Notes under the pieces: generated by a model
Seen by the model: only the letters and a program-made list of their open reading frames with translations
Database searches by the model: none
Told to the model about the DNA's origin: nothing
Program-made: the position numbers and the translations under genes
NCBI GenBank assembly: GCA_963665115.1
Contig: OY762007.1
Span: forward strand, 6,560,001 to 6,624,000
Source: an uncultured Rivularia sp.
Lineage (GTDB): Bacteria; Cyanobacteriota; Cyanobacteriia; Cyanobacteriales; Nostocaceae
Direction of reading: 5' to 3'
DNA: 64,000 nt
Shown here: in pieces, positions 54,646-64,000 of the stretch
How the letters are laid out: every line of letters starts with the position of its first letter
Position numbering within the stretch: the first letter of the stretch is position 1

Positions 54646-54992
54646 AATCTCTTAGCAAGATTTTTAGATTGCTCTACCGGAGGCGATCGCCCACTTTAAA
54701 ACACATGAATCAAGTTTACCGATAAGCTTTTCATGGTGAACGACTATATCTAATCGCAACAAAGCTATTTAATTTCCTTCATAGTATTTTGATAGAAAAG
54801 CTAATTTTAACTAAGTTTTGCGCCATTGAAAATATAGTTGCAGTGCTTGCCTATTGCTCTATGATTTATTTTTCCTTAATATCCCCACATCAAATCTTTA
54901 ATCAAACCCAGTTGATACCTTACGAAATCAATATTGTATGTTATGAAGTATGTATTAGATTAAAAAAAAACTGTCACCTTTATAACTTTAAT

Positions 54993-55277
54993 ATGCGTAT
55001 AAACACTAAATTACGAAGAATCCTATTTATTAGCGCTTTATTTGTCCTGAATTATGGAAAAGCAATAGCAAATCCAATAGCTCAGCAAAATGACATTAAA
55101 ACTTTTACAGAATATTGTCAACAAAAATCGACACTCCCAAAAGAAACTAAACATACTGTTGAAGTGCTGTTAAAAAAAGCTGGTACTAAAGATTGTCAGC
55201 AAGCGAATCGGAAATTAACGAGTTTGACCGAGCTTGATATCAGCATCTTCGAGGTTGCGGTGACTTTATTTTTTTAG
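54993..55277 (+). pseudogene. LRR gene K remnant: signal peptide and N-cap only
   Basis: KAIANP..FTEYCQQKSTLP..DCQQANRKL, then runs into a duplicated intergenic block at ~55243. Confidence 0.8.
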
Positions 55278-55490
55278 CAATAAACCCTTGGCTATATCCC
55301 AGCATCGAATCTGCAATCCAATTGAATTTATAATGCGAAACTTCAGTAATTTTCGTCATTTCAATGTATTAAATATTAGCTATAAATAAACTAAATAATC
55401 TTTTTTCTTAAAATATGAATATAATTAGAGCCTCTTTTTGTACTGTATTATCCTTAAGTGCATTATTACAAACTACGAAAGCGATCGCAG
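55243..55490 (+). repeat. Duplicated block (copy of ~50631-50878): upstream region plus signal peptide of genes H and L
   Basis: gcatcttcga.gttgcggtgac..gcaataaacccttg..gtcatttcaatgtattaaatattagctataaat..aaaatATG in both copies. Confidence 0.85.
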
Positions 55491-56641
55491 CACCTTTCCA
55501 ACCGAGGATTAAAACTTTTACAGAATATTGTCAGCAGAAATCTACACTACCAAAAGCAACAAAACATACTGTTGAAGTACTGTTGGAAAAAGCTGCTACT
55601 CAAGATTGTCAGCAAGCGAATCAAAGACTTAGCAATTTGAATTCCCTTAGTCTTGGATTCAAAAAAATTGTCAACTTACAACCGCTGTCTTCTTTCAGTA
55701 ATCTGACTTTCCTAAATCTGGGAGGGAATGAAATTGAGGATATACAACCGCTCTCAAACTTGACTAATTTAAACAAACTCTGGCTTAACAACAATAAAAT
55801 CGGCGATATTAAGCCACTTTCAAATTTGACTGGTTTAACCGATCTTATTCTTAGAGAAAATCAGATAGACAATTTAAAGCCGCTTTCTAATTTGACTAAC
55901 TTGGCTTATCTTAGTCTGGTAAAAAATAAAATCAACAATGTTGAAGGACTTTCTTCTTTAACCAGATTGACTCGACTCTATGTTCAAAGTAATAAAATTA
56001 GCGACATCAAACCGCTTTCCTCTTTAACAAATTTGACTCAACTCAATCTCAGCAATAATAAAATCAAGAATGCTGAAGGACTTTCTTCCTTAACTAATTT
56101 GACTGAGCTTAGCCTTAGTGTGAATAAAAATATTGATATAAAACCGCTTCGAGGATTAACTAACTTGACCAAGCTAGATATTGCATTTAGTAGAATTAAT
56201 AGTATAGAATCGCTCTCAAGGTTAACTAACTTGACTAAGCTAGAACTTGGGTTTAATAAAATTACCAATATAGAACCACTTTCTTCTTTGACTAGTTTGA
56301 CTGAGCTTGTCCTTTATGGCAATAAGATCAGCGATCTAAAGCCGCTTGCAAACTTAACTAATTTGAATTCTCTTAACCTATTGCACAATAAAATCAATGA
56401 TATAAAGCCGCTTTCAAACTTAACTAATCTGAATTCTCTTTGGCTCGCAGGTAATGAAATTAGCGATGTAAAGCCGCTTTCTAATTTAACTAATTTAGAT
56501 TTCCTTTGGCTCTCAAACAATAAAATCAATGATATAAAATCGTTAGGTGGTTTAAATCAGTTAACTGCTCTCTTAGTTAATAATAATCCTATTCAAGACA
56601 AAACTTGCCCCATACAGCAAAAGTCTGTATGTCTTTTTTAA
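55415..56641 (+). CDS. Secreted internalin-like LRR protein L
   Basis: TKAIA signal peptide, both caps, about 15 repeats. Confidence 0.92.
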   Translation: MNIIRASFCTVLSLSALLQTTKAIAAPFQPRIKTFTEYCQQKSTLPKATKHTVEVLLEKAATQDCQQANQRLSNLNSLSLGFKKIVNLQPLSSFSNLTFLNLGGNEIEDIQPLSNLTNLNKLWLNNNKIGDIKPLSNLTGLTDLILRENQIDNLKPLSNLTNLAYLSLVKNKINNVEGLSSLTRLTRLYVQSNKISDIKPLSSLTNLTQLNLSNNKIKNAEGLSSLTNLTELSLSVNKNIDIKPLRGLTNLTKLDIAFSRINSIESLSRLTNLTKLELGFNKITNIEPLSSLTSLTELVLYGNKISDLKPLANLTNLNSLNLLHNKINDIKPLSNLTNLNSLWLAGNEISDVKPLSNLTNLDFLWLSNNKINDIKSLGGLNQLTALLVNNNPIQDKTCPIQQKSVCLF

Positions 56642-56996
56642 CTATTAGCTGGCGGAGAAAGCGATTAGATATACATCATTTTATTTTTATTCATGTCCTA
56701 GCAAGTAGTTTAACTTTGATCTAGGACATTTTATTGCTTGTAGATAAACGAGCTTCCCAAGTAGATTATCTATTTAAAAGTAAAGATTAAAGGTTTAGAA
56801 AATCATATAACTTTGTAGATAAAAAAATTAGGGAATTGAAATTAAAACTCTTAATCTCAAATCGGTTGGTATCGAAACTAAATCTTAATCCGTATTATAA
56901 ATAAACTTCTCATCATCAGATAGATGAATTAATTCTATTTTTGACTCCCGAGATAAAATCCACTTCCACCTTTAGTATAATTTACGAATCTACCTA

Positions 56997-57025
56997 TTGA
57001 CTTTCTTGTAACATATGTGTAGCAT
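56997..57025 (+). promoter_or_regulatory. Sigma70-type promoter of the ABC transporter gene
   Basis: TTGACT-N17-TAGCAT. Confidence 0.55.
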
Positions 57026-57068
57026 AAGGCTTTGAAAGCGATATTGCACAGATTTTTCAGCGTGCGTC

Positions 57069-58886
57069 ATGGCAAACTTAAGAGATATCGTTAGTTATTT
57101 TCGTCCCTACTGGAAGCTGAGCGTATTTAGCATCGCCGCATCCAGCCTTTACGAAATTTTAGATTTACTAGTACCTTATGCGATTGGACAGATACTAAAC
57201 CTGCTTTCCGGGCAACCGTTAGACGGGTTTTTGAAGAGTGCGATCGCCACTATTTCTGATATCACAAATTATCCGGCGAACAAGAATTTATCGTTAGGTA
57301 TTTTACTGGGTTTAATTTTCCTTGTAACAGTTGTGAGAGCGCCGACACAGCCGTGGTTGAGCGGTTGGTTTCATTGGGTAATTGCATTAAAAGCACGTCG
57401 AGATCAAAGTCAAAAAGCAGTAGAAAAAATTCTCACATTACCTTTAGAATTTTATGATGAAAACAATCCTGGAAGAATAGCATCGAGAGTAGCAAAAGGA
57501 ATTTCAAATCATACCTGGACATATCCAGAAGTCACGGGACAATTGTTTCCCAAACTGTTTAGAGTCTTGGGAATTTTTATATTTATTTGCTTCGTTGATT
57601 GGCGGATTGCGGCTTTATTTTTGACTTCTTTTGTAATCATTCTTAGCTTTACTTTAAAGCATTTACAAAAGCTAATTGAATATGAAAGTCGTTTAGATAA
57701 ATATTCCGAGAATACAGAAAGTCGAGCATCAGAAATTATCAGTAATATAAAAACTGTTAAAGCATTTGCCACCGAAGCCAAGGAATTAAAACGTCAGCAG
57801 CAACGTTACGAACGCGAATTAGATGTAGTGGTATATCGTATTCACAAAGGTTACGTCAAATTAAACACCTGGCAAAAAAGCGTAATTCAGTTTTGCGTTT
57901 TCATGGTGCTTGGTTTAACTTTAGCCGCAACCATCGAAGGTAGAATTACCTTGGGTAACTTTATCACGACTTTGACCTTATCAAGCATGGCATATGCCGA
58001 GCTAGAACCAATTAGCATCCTTGCAGAGATGTTCGCTCGTCGTTATAGTTCCATGTTGCGGTTCCACGAATTTCTTCAAGAGCCATCTGGAGTTGATTCC
58101 GAGGGACTTTTAGAAACGCGTAAACCAGAAAAATCCTACAATTTTACCGGAAAAGTTGAATTATCCCACCTTAGCTTTGGTTACGAACCCAAACGCCTAA
58201 TTTTACACGATATTAATCTGCTAATCGAACCATACCAAACAGTAGCATTAGTAGGACGTAGCGGCTCCGGTAAATCGACATTAGTAAAACTGCTATTTCG
58301 TTACTTTGAACCCCAGGGAGGGAAAATACTTATCGATGGTGAAGACATCCGCGATTTAGACGTAGGAGAATATAGACGCAGATTAGCAATAGTTCACCAA
58401 GAAGTAGATATTTTTAACGGTACGGTTTTGGATAACCTTACCTATGGAAACGAAAGCGCAACTTTTGCCGAAGTTGAAGAAGCCTGTAGAATCGCCAAAC
58501 TCGATGAAGTAATTAGTCTCTTACCTGAAGGTTACTATACCGTAGTGGGCGAACGCGGAGTCAGATTATCCGGGGGACAAAGACAGCGAGTTGGCATAGC
58601 CAGAGCATTGTTAGTTAATCCCGACGTACTCGTATTTGACGAAGCAACATCTAGCTTAGACTACGAATCCGAGCGATCAATCCAGCTAGCCATGAGTTCC
58701 ATCCAAGGAACTCGCACCACTATAGTCATCGCTCACCGACTGAGTACTGTGAGAGAAGCCGATAAGATTGTGGTTTTAGATAACGGCAGAATCGTAGAAA
58801 TAGGCAGCCACGACGAGCTATTACAAGAAAAAGGGATTTACAAGAGATTGCATTCATTGCAAGAGACTGGTGAACTTTTGAGTTAG
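57069..58886 (+). CDS. ABC exporter, fused permease/ATPase (MsbA/MdlB-like)
   Basis: TM domain, GRSGSGKS, LSGGQRQR, VFDEATSSLD, IAHRLST. Confidence 0.95.
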   Translation: MANLRDIVSYFRPYWKLSVFSIAASSLYEILDLLVPYAIGQILNLLSGQPLDGFLKSAIATISDITNYPANKNLSLGILLGLIFLVTVVRAPTQPWLSGWFHWVIALKARRDQSQKAVEKILTLPLEFYDENNPGRIASRVAKGISNHTWTYPEVTGQLFPKLFRVLGIFIFICFVDWRIAALFLTSFVIILSFTLKHLQKLIEYESRLDKYSENTESRASEIISNIKTVKAFATEAKELKRQQQRYERELDVVVYRIHKGYVKLNTWQKSVIQFCVFMVLGLTLAATIEGRITLGNFITTLTLSSMAYAELEPISILAEMFARRYSSMLRFHEFLQEPSGVDSEGLLETRKPEKSYNFTGKVELSHLSFGYEPKRLILHDINLLIEPYQTVALVGRSGSGKSTLVKLLFRYFEPQGGKILIDGEDIRDLDVGEYRRRLAIVHQEVDIFNGTVLDNLTYGNESATFAEVEEACRIAKLDEVISLLPEGYYTVVGERGVRLSGGQRQRVGIARALLVNPDVLVFDEATSSLDYESERSIQLAMSSIQGTRTTIVIAHRLSTVREADKIVVLDNGRIVEIGSHDELLQEKGIYKRLHSLQETGELLS

Positions 58887-59090
58887 GTAATGGGTAATTG
58901 GGGATGGGGCATTGGGCATGGGGCATTGGATATGAGGAATAGCTAGCGAGCAAGATGCTCGCACTACAAATAGTTGGCGTTGCTGAATCGAAAATCGTTT
59001 CATTGTTTCCAATTCCTTATTTATTTTCCCCTTGCCCTATGCCCAATCCCCAATCCCCGTGAGCATTTCAAGACTTTTTCAAAAAAAACG

Positions 59091-59119
59091 TTGGTATTTT
59101 CCAGACCTTGTGATACTAT
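59091..59119 (+). promoter_or_regulatory. Promoter of the tRNA pair
   Basis: TTGGTA-N17-TACTAT with TG extension, 20 bp before tRNA-Tyr. Confidence 0.6.
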
Positions 59120-59139
59120 TAGTAATCGTGAGACGACAT

Positions 59140-59221
59140 GGGTCGGTGTCCGAGTGGTTAATGGAGGCGGACTGTAAATCCGCTGGCTTAGCCTACGCTG
59201 GTTCGAATCCAGCTCGGCCCA
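59140..59221 (+). tRNA. tRNA-Tyr(GTA)
   Basis: GGGTCGG/TCGGCCC acceptor, GCGGA-CTGTAAA-TCCGC anticodon arm, long variable arm, GTTCGAATC. Confidence 0.97.
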
Positions 59222-59285
59222 TTTTCACTTCTGGGTTTTGGATTTAGCTTTAGAAAAATTCAAGACCTAGATTTAAATTTTCTTC

Positions 59286-59357
59286 GCCGATGTAGCTCAG
59301 TGGTAGAGCACACCCTTGGTAAGGGTGAGGTCACGAGTTCGACTCTCGTCATCGGCT
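59286..59357 (+). tRNA. tRNA-Thr(GGT)
   Basis: GCCGATG/CATCGGC acceptor, CACCC-TTGGTAA-GGGTG anticodon arm, GTTCGACTC. Confidence 0.97.
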
Positions 59358-59441
59358 TTTTAGATTTTTAATAACATCAATAATTCTTACTGTTGTTGTT
59401 CATGTAGTTTGACGGTGTTAGAAGATTACTCTTGCTGCCCT

Positions 59442-59672
59442 TTAGTCAAACTTCACACCAAAATCAACACCTAGTACTTCTTCTATTCTTTGTAAGGTTT
59501 CAATAGGTAAGGCTTTAGTTTCTTCAGCTTCAATTCTATACCAGTTCATTGTCGTCATTGGTATTTGGCGACAAACTTCAGCCAGCGAGCGACTATCAGC
59601 TTCTCGTGCTTGACGAATACGCGAACCTAATTTTGGAATCTCTATTTCTAGTATTTTTTTGACTTTCATCAA
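59442..59672 (-). CDS. XRE-family helix-turn-helix regulator
   Basis: LGSRIRQARE..SLAEVC..NWYRIE..TLQRIEEVLG; AAGGA RBS. Confidence 0.8.
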   Translation of the reverse strand: MMKVKKILEIEIPKLGSRIRQAREADSRSLAEVCRQIPMTTMNWYRIEAEETKALPIETLQRIEEVLGVDFGVKFD

Positions 59673-59787
59673 TATTTCCTTACTGTCATATCCTCCTTTG
59701 TTCTAAATCATTATGTTACATCTGATAAATAGTAAAGCATAAAGTGTAACTTTATGGTTGAATAATCATGGTGCAGAATGAGAAACT

Positions 59788-59985
59788 ATGAAACAATCAA
59801 CTGCAAGCGCTTTACTGAAAGCGTACAATTCATTACAGGAAATAGTTGTGGAGCTTTACAACTAATTTCAAAAAGCAGTGGAAAATAGAGATGATGCAGA
59901 TGCAAGTTTGCTTGAGTCAAGAGCAGAAATTTTGTTTGAACAAGCGGAAGCGATTATAGCTGTTTTGGAGGAGCAAAATGGATAG
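59788..59985 (+). pseudogene. Small helical protein gene with an in-frame stop; not in ORF track
   Basis: MKQSTASALLKAYNSLQEIVVELYN*FQKAVENRDDADASLLESRAE...EEQNG*; overlaps the next start. Confidence 0.55.
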
Positions 59986-60187
59986 AGAAGAAGCGCAAAA
60001 TTTAGCGAATGATGCTAAAAACTTAAGTCAGCAGGGATTAGAGTTGATTCAGCAAGGAAAATATCGCGAGGGACATAATTTAATACGTCAAGCTGTAGAA
60101 GCTGGTAGAAAATGCCGAAAGTTTTTGGAACAGCCAAAAATAGAAAGAGGTTTGGGAATACTTGAACAAATGCATGAACAAGGTTAA
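59978..60187 (+). CDS. Small TPR-like helical hypothetical protein
   Basis: GGAGGAG RBS; LSQQGLELIQQGKYREG. Confidence 0.65.
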   Translation: MDREEAQNLANDAKNLSQQGLELIQQGKYREGHNLIRQAVEAGRKCRKFLEQPKIERGLGILEQMHEQG

Positions 60188-60206
60188 GAATGCTAAAGAT
60201 AATTTT

Positions 60207-60234
60207 AGCCTCCGGTGACGGAGGTTATTTTTTT
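60207..60234 (+). terminator. Intrinsic terminator
   Basis: agcctccg-gtga-cggaggtt followed by a T run. Confidence 0.75.
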
Positions 60235-60255
60235 GCTTGATCGCAAATATCCAAG

Positions 60256-60546
60256 GTGATGTATGATTTGTTGTTGGACAATCCAAAATCCAAACCCAAA
60301 TCGCTAGATGAATACACCACACACAACTTTATTTGGAATATTGCTGATGATGTATTAAAAGACGTTTATGTTCGTGGAAAATACCGACATATAGTTCTAC
60401 CAATGACGATGTTAAGACCTTTGGATTGTTTGTTGGAACCCACTAAGGATAAAATGCTTGAGCGGTATCAGCAATTGGAAGAAGGTAAGTTCGGAAAAAA
60501 GGCGATCGCCCAGAAAAAGATAGATGATAAAAATATTACAGGGTAA
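60256..60546 (+). pseudogene. hsdM: N-terminal remnant of a type I R-M methyltransferase subunit
   Basis: NFIWNIADDVLKDVYVRGKYRHIVLPMTMLRPLDCLLEPTK matches the HsdM N-terminal domain; the rest is absent. Confidence 0.85.
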
Positions 60547-60596
60547 GAGTTTAGTGTACTTTTATTAGCTAATAAGACAACTAATAACAAACGACT

Positions 60597-61751
60597 ATGA
60601 ATGATAATCGAAATGATAGTTATGCTAATCTTCCTGATGAACTTTTAGAAGATATTTTGGAGGATGCACCAAAAATAGCAGATAAAATCAAACCGTTATT
60701 TGAAGAATTACAACAACAAAGAAAAACAATACACCAAACATTAGAAGATAATGATTTAATTTGTAGAGTTGGTGATTTAGACAATCCTGCCAGTCCTTCT
60801 GTTGCTGCTATTGATGGTGGACAAGCGATTGAAAAATCTATTGGAGCTGATACTGTAATCGCTGTAGGTGTTGGTGTTGAAGGATTAGTAAGAGAAGATA
60901 AGCGTAAATGGGGTTCAGTTCAATATAAAAACTGGCAAGATGTTCTTCCTCATAGTTCTGAGAGTAATCCTAAAGTTACTAGAGGGGCGATGACTGCTTT
61001 AGAATTATTAGTCATTAGTCAAACTCCCCACGATGTTGTAATTGCTGATGGTTCTCATCAAACACCAGTAATAGGAATTAATAGTTTAACAAGTATGTCA
61101 ACATTAGATGAGCCTCATTTACAACAGGTTGCATGGGACATTCTGAATCAATTTAATGTGATAGATTCTCTTAATAAAGCTATGACAAATCCCAACGTTG
61201 TTTATATGGTTAAATATGATTCTTCACAAGAAATTGGCTTAAAATTTCTTAGTGATTTTAATTCTAAGCTTGATGATAAAACAATTATGACATTAATTTT
61301 AAAATCAGATGAGTATACAAAACCTTTACCCGTAGGTCAAACTCCTAAAACAAAAAAAGTTTGGGGTGATTTATATATTTCAGTTTCAAATAAATTCGAT
61401 TTTCATGGGAAACGAGACAGTATTAAAGAGGGATTAAACAAAGCAATCATCTTACCCAAAAATCATAAAATATATTTTACTTACTATAAACCTTATCAGT
61501 GGTCGCCTGCCTATAGAATAGAAATGAAAGAGAATTGTGCAAAAACAGATATTGAATTTGCAAAAGTTTTAAAAGCAGTTAAAGAACAAGTTGTTTCTAC
61601 TGAAATTAAAGAACCTTACCCTCAGTATTTAGCTGATATGATGGCTAAAAGCATTAGTGGCGGTTTAGAAGCATTAAGAGCCGTTATACAGTACCAATTC
61701 AGTGATAATCAAGATTTTCTTCAACTACTAACTCAATCATACAGAACCTAA
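60597..61751 (+). CDS. nurA: NurA-domain nuclease
   Basis: VAAIDGG, ALE, VIADGS, MVK, EPYPQYLADMMAK follow the NurA motif order; adjacent to HerA. Confidence 0.8.
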   Translation: MNDNRNDSYANLPDELLEDILEDAPKIADKIKPLFEELQQQRKTIHQTLEDNDLICRVGDLDNPASPSVAAIDGGQAIEKSIGADTVIAVGVGVEGLVREDKRKWGSVQYKNWQDVLPHSSESNPKVTRGAMTALELLVISQTPHDVVIADGSHQTPVIGINSLTSMSTLDEPHLQQVAWDILNQFNVIDSLNKAMTNPNVVYMVKYDSSQEIGLKFLSDFNSKLDDKTIMTLILKSDEYTKPLPVGQTPKTKKVWGDLYISVSNKFDFHGKRDSIKEGLNKAIILPKNHKIYFTYYKPYQWSPAYRIEMKENCAKTDIEFAKVLKAVKEQVVSTEIKEPYPQYLADMMAKSISGGLEALRAVIQYQFSDNQDFLQLLTQSYRT

Positions 61752-61775
61752 TTAATATTTTCACGAGGGAAAGAG

Positions 61776-63578
61776 ATGGATTTACTAGATTTATTAAAAG
61801 ACCACTCAAATCAATTTAATATCGGTAGTGTTGGTTCACCAAGTAATACAACAGAAATTATTATTGACATTAATCAAAAAAGCGAACAAAAAAGAAATTT
61901 AGGTCAATTAGTATGTCTTATTCAACCACAAGAACAAGAACAACTAGTCGTTATTGGACAAATTAGCGAAATAGAAACTAAAAATCGTTGGCACGAAGAT
62001 TTGACTTTTAGAGGAATAATTAAACGTAGAGGTTCACTTCCTCATCTGAGTGGAAAAGCAGACGTAAGAACAGCTAAATTAAATGTACAAGCTTGTTTTA
62101 GTATTGCATTAGATGGAAAAATTAGTGAAGGAACATTAGGTACTTCTCCAGCAACAGGTACGCCTATTTTTTCAGTGAGAGATGAAATTTTAGATAAACT
62201 TTTAGAACAGTATAAAAATCAAATTATTTATTTAGGTAATGCCTATGCCACCGATGTAAAAATGCCGCTTTGGTTAAAGCATTTTGATAGAGGAGAAGGA
62301 GGTGCAGGAGAAGCTTATCATATCGGAGTTTTTGGTAAAAGTGGTTCAGGAAAATCTGGTTTAGCTGCTTATACTTTGTTAGGATATGGCAAGCATAAAA
62401 ATATGGGAATTATTTTTATCGATCCTCAGAATCAATTTGCTAGCGATACTGATTTACCTTTTAAATTACATGATTCTCTAAGGAGTTTGGGTAGAACAGT
62501 TAATATTTATCGTTTAACAAATCAAATTAGATTAGGAACTAAAAAAAATGCCGTGAAGTTGTTTGTTAATCTTTTACTTAAAGCAGATTTTTATAGAAAT
62601 ATTGGAGTTAGAAATAAAGAGAATCAAGAATATGCTTCTGAGGAAGTAGATCGAATCATAAGAAATATTTTATCAGGCTTTCAGCCAAGACTTGAATTAA
62701 AAAATTCTCCTGATGATTTATTGCGTAGAGTATTAACTGAACTAAGAGACGATGATAATGCCTTACAAAGAATATATGCTACTACACAACCAAGACAAAG
62801 ACTAGAACAAGCTCTTGGTAATCTTCTTATTGAAAGAATAGAACTTCAAAGAGTTAAAGAGCAAATTTGGCAACCTGTATTAGATTTATTTCTGGAAAAT
62901 GATAGCGCAGGTAATCATAGGACTTCTTTATGGCATATTGTTCAAAAAGCTGCTACAGATGAGCAAAAACCTATTGTATTTTTAGATATTAAAGGAGAAG
63001 GTACAACATTTGCCGATAATGAGGAAATTAAAGCTCTTATTCTGAAAGAAATTAGTATCACTCTAAAAGTCGCTGGAGAAGAAGCATTTAAGCATGATAC
63101 AAAATTAAACTGTTTGATTTGTCTCGATGAAGCCCATCGATTTGTTAAATCTTCTTTTGGCAGTGGTGATAATAGTGAAATGTCTAATTTAACACGAGCT
63201 TTTGTTGATGGAGTAAGAACAACTAGAAAATATGGTCTTGGTTATATGTTTATTACTCAAACTATTGCATCTTTACATAAAGAGATTATTCAACAATTAA
63301 GACTTTATGCTTTTGGATATGGTCTTACTTCAGGTAGTGAATATAGACAAATTGAAGAATTAGTAAGTGATAGACAAGCCTTAAGTTTATATAAATCATT
63401 TGTAGATCCTCAAAGTAGCAGACAATATCCTTTTATGTTTCTAGGTCCAATTTCTCCTTTATCTTTTATAGGTTCGCCTCTATTTATTCAAATGTTTACA
63501 GAATTTAGTAAGTTTAAAGAGGCTAATAAATTAGTAAAACAATCTCAAGGTAATTTATTTAATAATGATATATTGTAA
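61776..63578 (+). CDS. herA: HerA/FtsK-family ATPase with N-terminal HAS-barrel-like region
   Basis: HIGVFGKSGSGKS, FIDPQNQF, CLDEAHRF, TTRKYGLG.MFITQ. Confidence 0.88.
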   Translation: MDLLDLLKDHSNQFNIGSVGSPSNTTEIIIDINQKSEQKRNLGQLVCLIQPQEQEQLVVIGQISEIETKNRWHEDLTFRGIIKRRGSLPHLSGKADVRTAKLNVQACFSIALDGKISEGTLGTSPATGTPIFSVRDEILDKLLEQYKNQIIYLGNAYATDVKMPLWLKHFDRGEGGAGEAYHIGVFGKSGSGKSGLAAYTLLGYGKHKNMGIIFIDPQNQFASDTDLPFKLHDSLRSLGRTVNIYRLTNQIRLGTKKNAVKLFVNLLLKADFYRNIGVRNKENQEYASEEVDRIIRNILSGFQPRLELKNSPDDLLRRVLTELRDDDNALQRIYATTQPRQRLEQALGNLLIERIELQRVKEQIWQPVLDLFLENDSAGNHRTSLWHIVQKAATDEQKPIVFLDIKGEGTTFADNEEIKALILKEISITLKVAGEEAFKHDTKLNCLICLDEAHRFVKSSFGSGDNSEMSNLTRAFVDGVRTTRKYGLGYMFITQTIASLHKEIIQQLRLYAFGYGLTSGSEYRQIEELVSDRQALSLYKSFVDPQSSRQYPFMFLGPISPLSFIGSPLFIQMFTEFSKFKEANKLVKQSQGNLFNNDIL

Positions 63579-63580
63579 AC

Positions 63581-64000
63581 ATGACAATTGATGAATTATA
63601 TGAATTAAAACAAGAATTATTAACTAAATTAGCAAATTATGGAGTTGAATGGGATTTTGATTCAGAAAAGCTAATTGTGGATGATTTAAAACATATGCAA
63701 AAACAATTAGCTGAACATACTAATTTACGAGGTTTAAAATATGAAAGTAAATTCAAAAACTATTTAGCTAAACCTCAAGAAATAGATATTCTTAAAATTA
63801 ATCCTTATTTAAAAGTTGTCAAAACTCAAGCAGAAAGAGAGCTTTGGGCTTATGCCACCTCTTTTTGGTCAATTCCAGTTACAAATGGCTATGGGAGAAG
63901 AATTCGTTTTTTAGTATTTGACGAACAAAATAATAAATTAATCGGTATTTTAGGATTAAGTGACCCTATTATTGGTTTAGGAATAAGAGATAAATATATT
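63581..64000 (+). CDS. druA: DUF4338 / Druantia DruA-like protein, partial (runs off window); not in ORF track
   Basis: 140 open codons starting 2 bp after the herA stop, with FWSIPVTNGYGRRIRFLVFDEQNNKLIGILGLSDP....IRDKYI. Confidence 0.75.
   Translation, partial: MTIDELYELKQELLTKLANYGVEWDFDSEKLIVDDLKHMQKQLAEHTNLRGLKYESKFKNYLAKPQEIDILKINPYLKVVKTQAERELWAYATSFWSIPVTNGYGRRIRFLVFDEQNNKLIGILGLSDPIIGLGIRDKYI

Noticed and set aside
54789..54992. Long N-terminal extension of ORF 54789-55277 (similarly 53353-53415)
   Set aside because: Reads through the conserved non-coding element; signal peptides begin at the later ATGs.
41617..56529. Many minus-strand ORFs over the LRR genes (41617, 43599, 46720, 47338, 48358, 50161, 52502, 56038, 56314)
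   Set aside because: Antisense shadows of repetitive coding sequence.
40140..56641. CRISPR array or diversity-generating retroelement suggested by the 66-bp periodicity
   Set aside because: The period is the coding LRR unit. There are no unique spacers, cas genes, reverse transcriptase or adenine-specific TR/VR pair.
59032..59247. 71-aa ORF
   Set aside because: Overlaps tRNA-Tyr and its promoter.

Overview
AT-rich chromosome segment of a filamentous cyanobacterium, probably heterocyst-forming (Nostocales). This rests on heptamer STRR tandem repeats, HIP1 GCGATCGC sites, GTAG-type short dispersed palindromes and typical genes (furC/perR, CRR6, ispD, ispG, CtpA-family protease, scpB, mfd). 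Three accessory zones stand out. (1) An EF-G-like gene at ~29.7-30.9 kb was destroyed by a TGT-ended resolvase/transposase element plus a deletion, leaving an in-frame transposase/EF-G domain V chimera. (2) A ~16.5 kb tandem array of 12 internalin-like 22-aa leucine-rich-repeat genes (40.1-56.6 kb) shows Cys caps, mosaic segments, duplicated upstream elements and broken copies. (3) An island starts after tRNA-Tyr/tRNA-Thr and carries an XRE regulator, an hsdM remnant and a tightly coupled NurA-nuclease / HerA-ATPase / DruA(DUF4338)-like operon running off the window, a candidate undescribed defence system. Six frameshifts all sit in short G/C homopolymers and are probably sequencing errors. 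All family calls come from motif recognition by eye; no searches were run.
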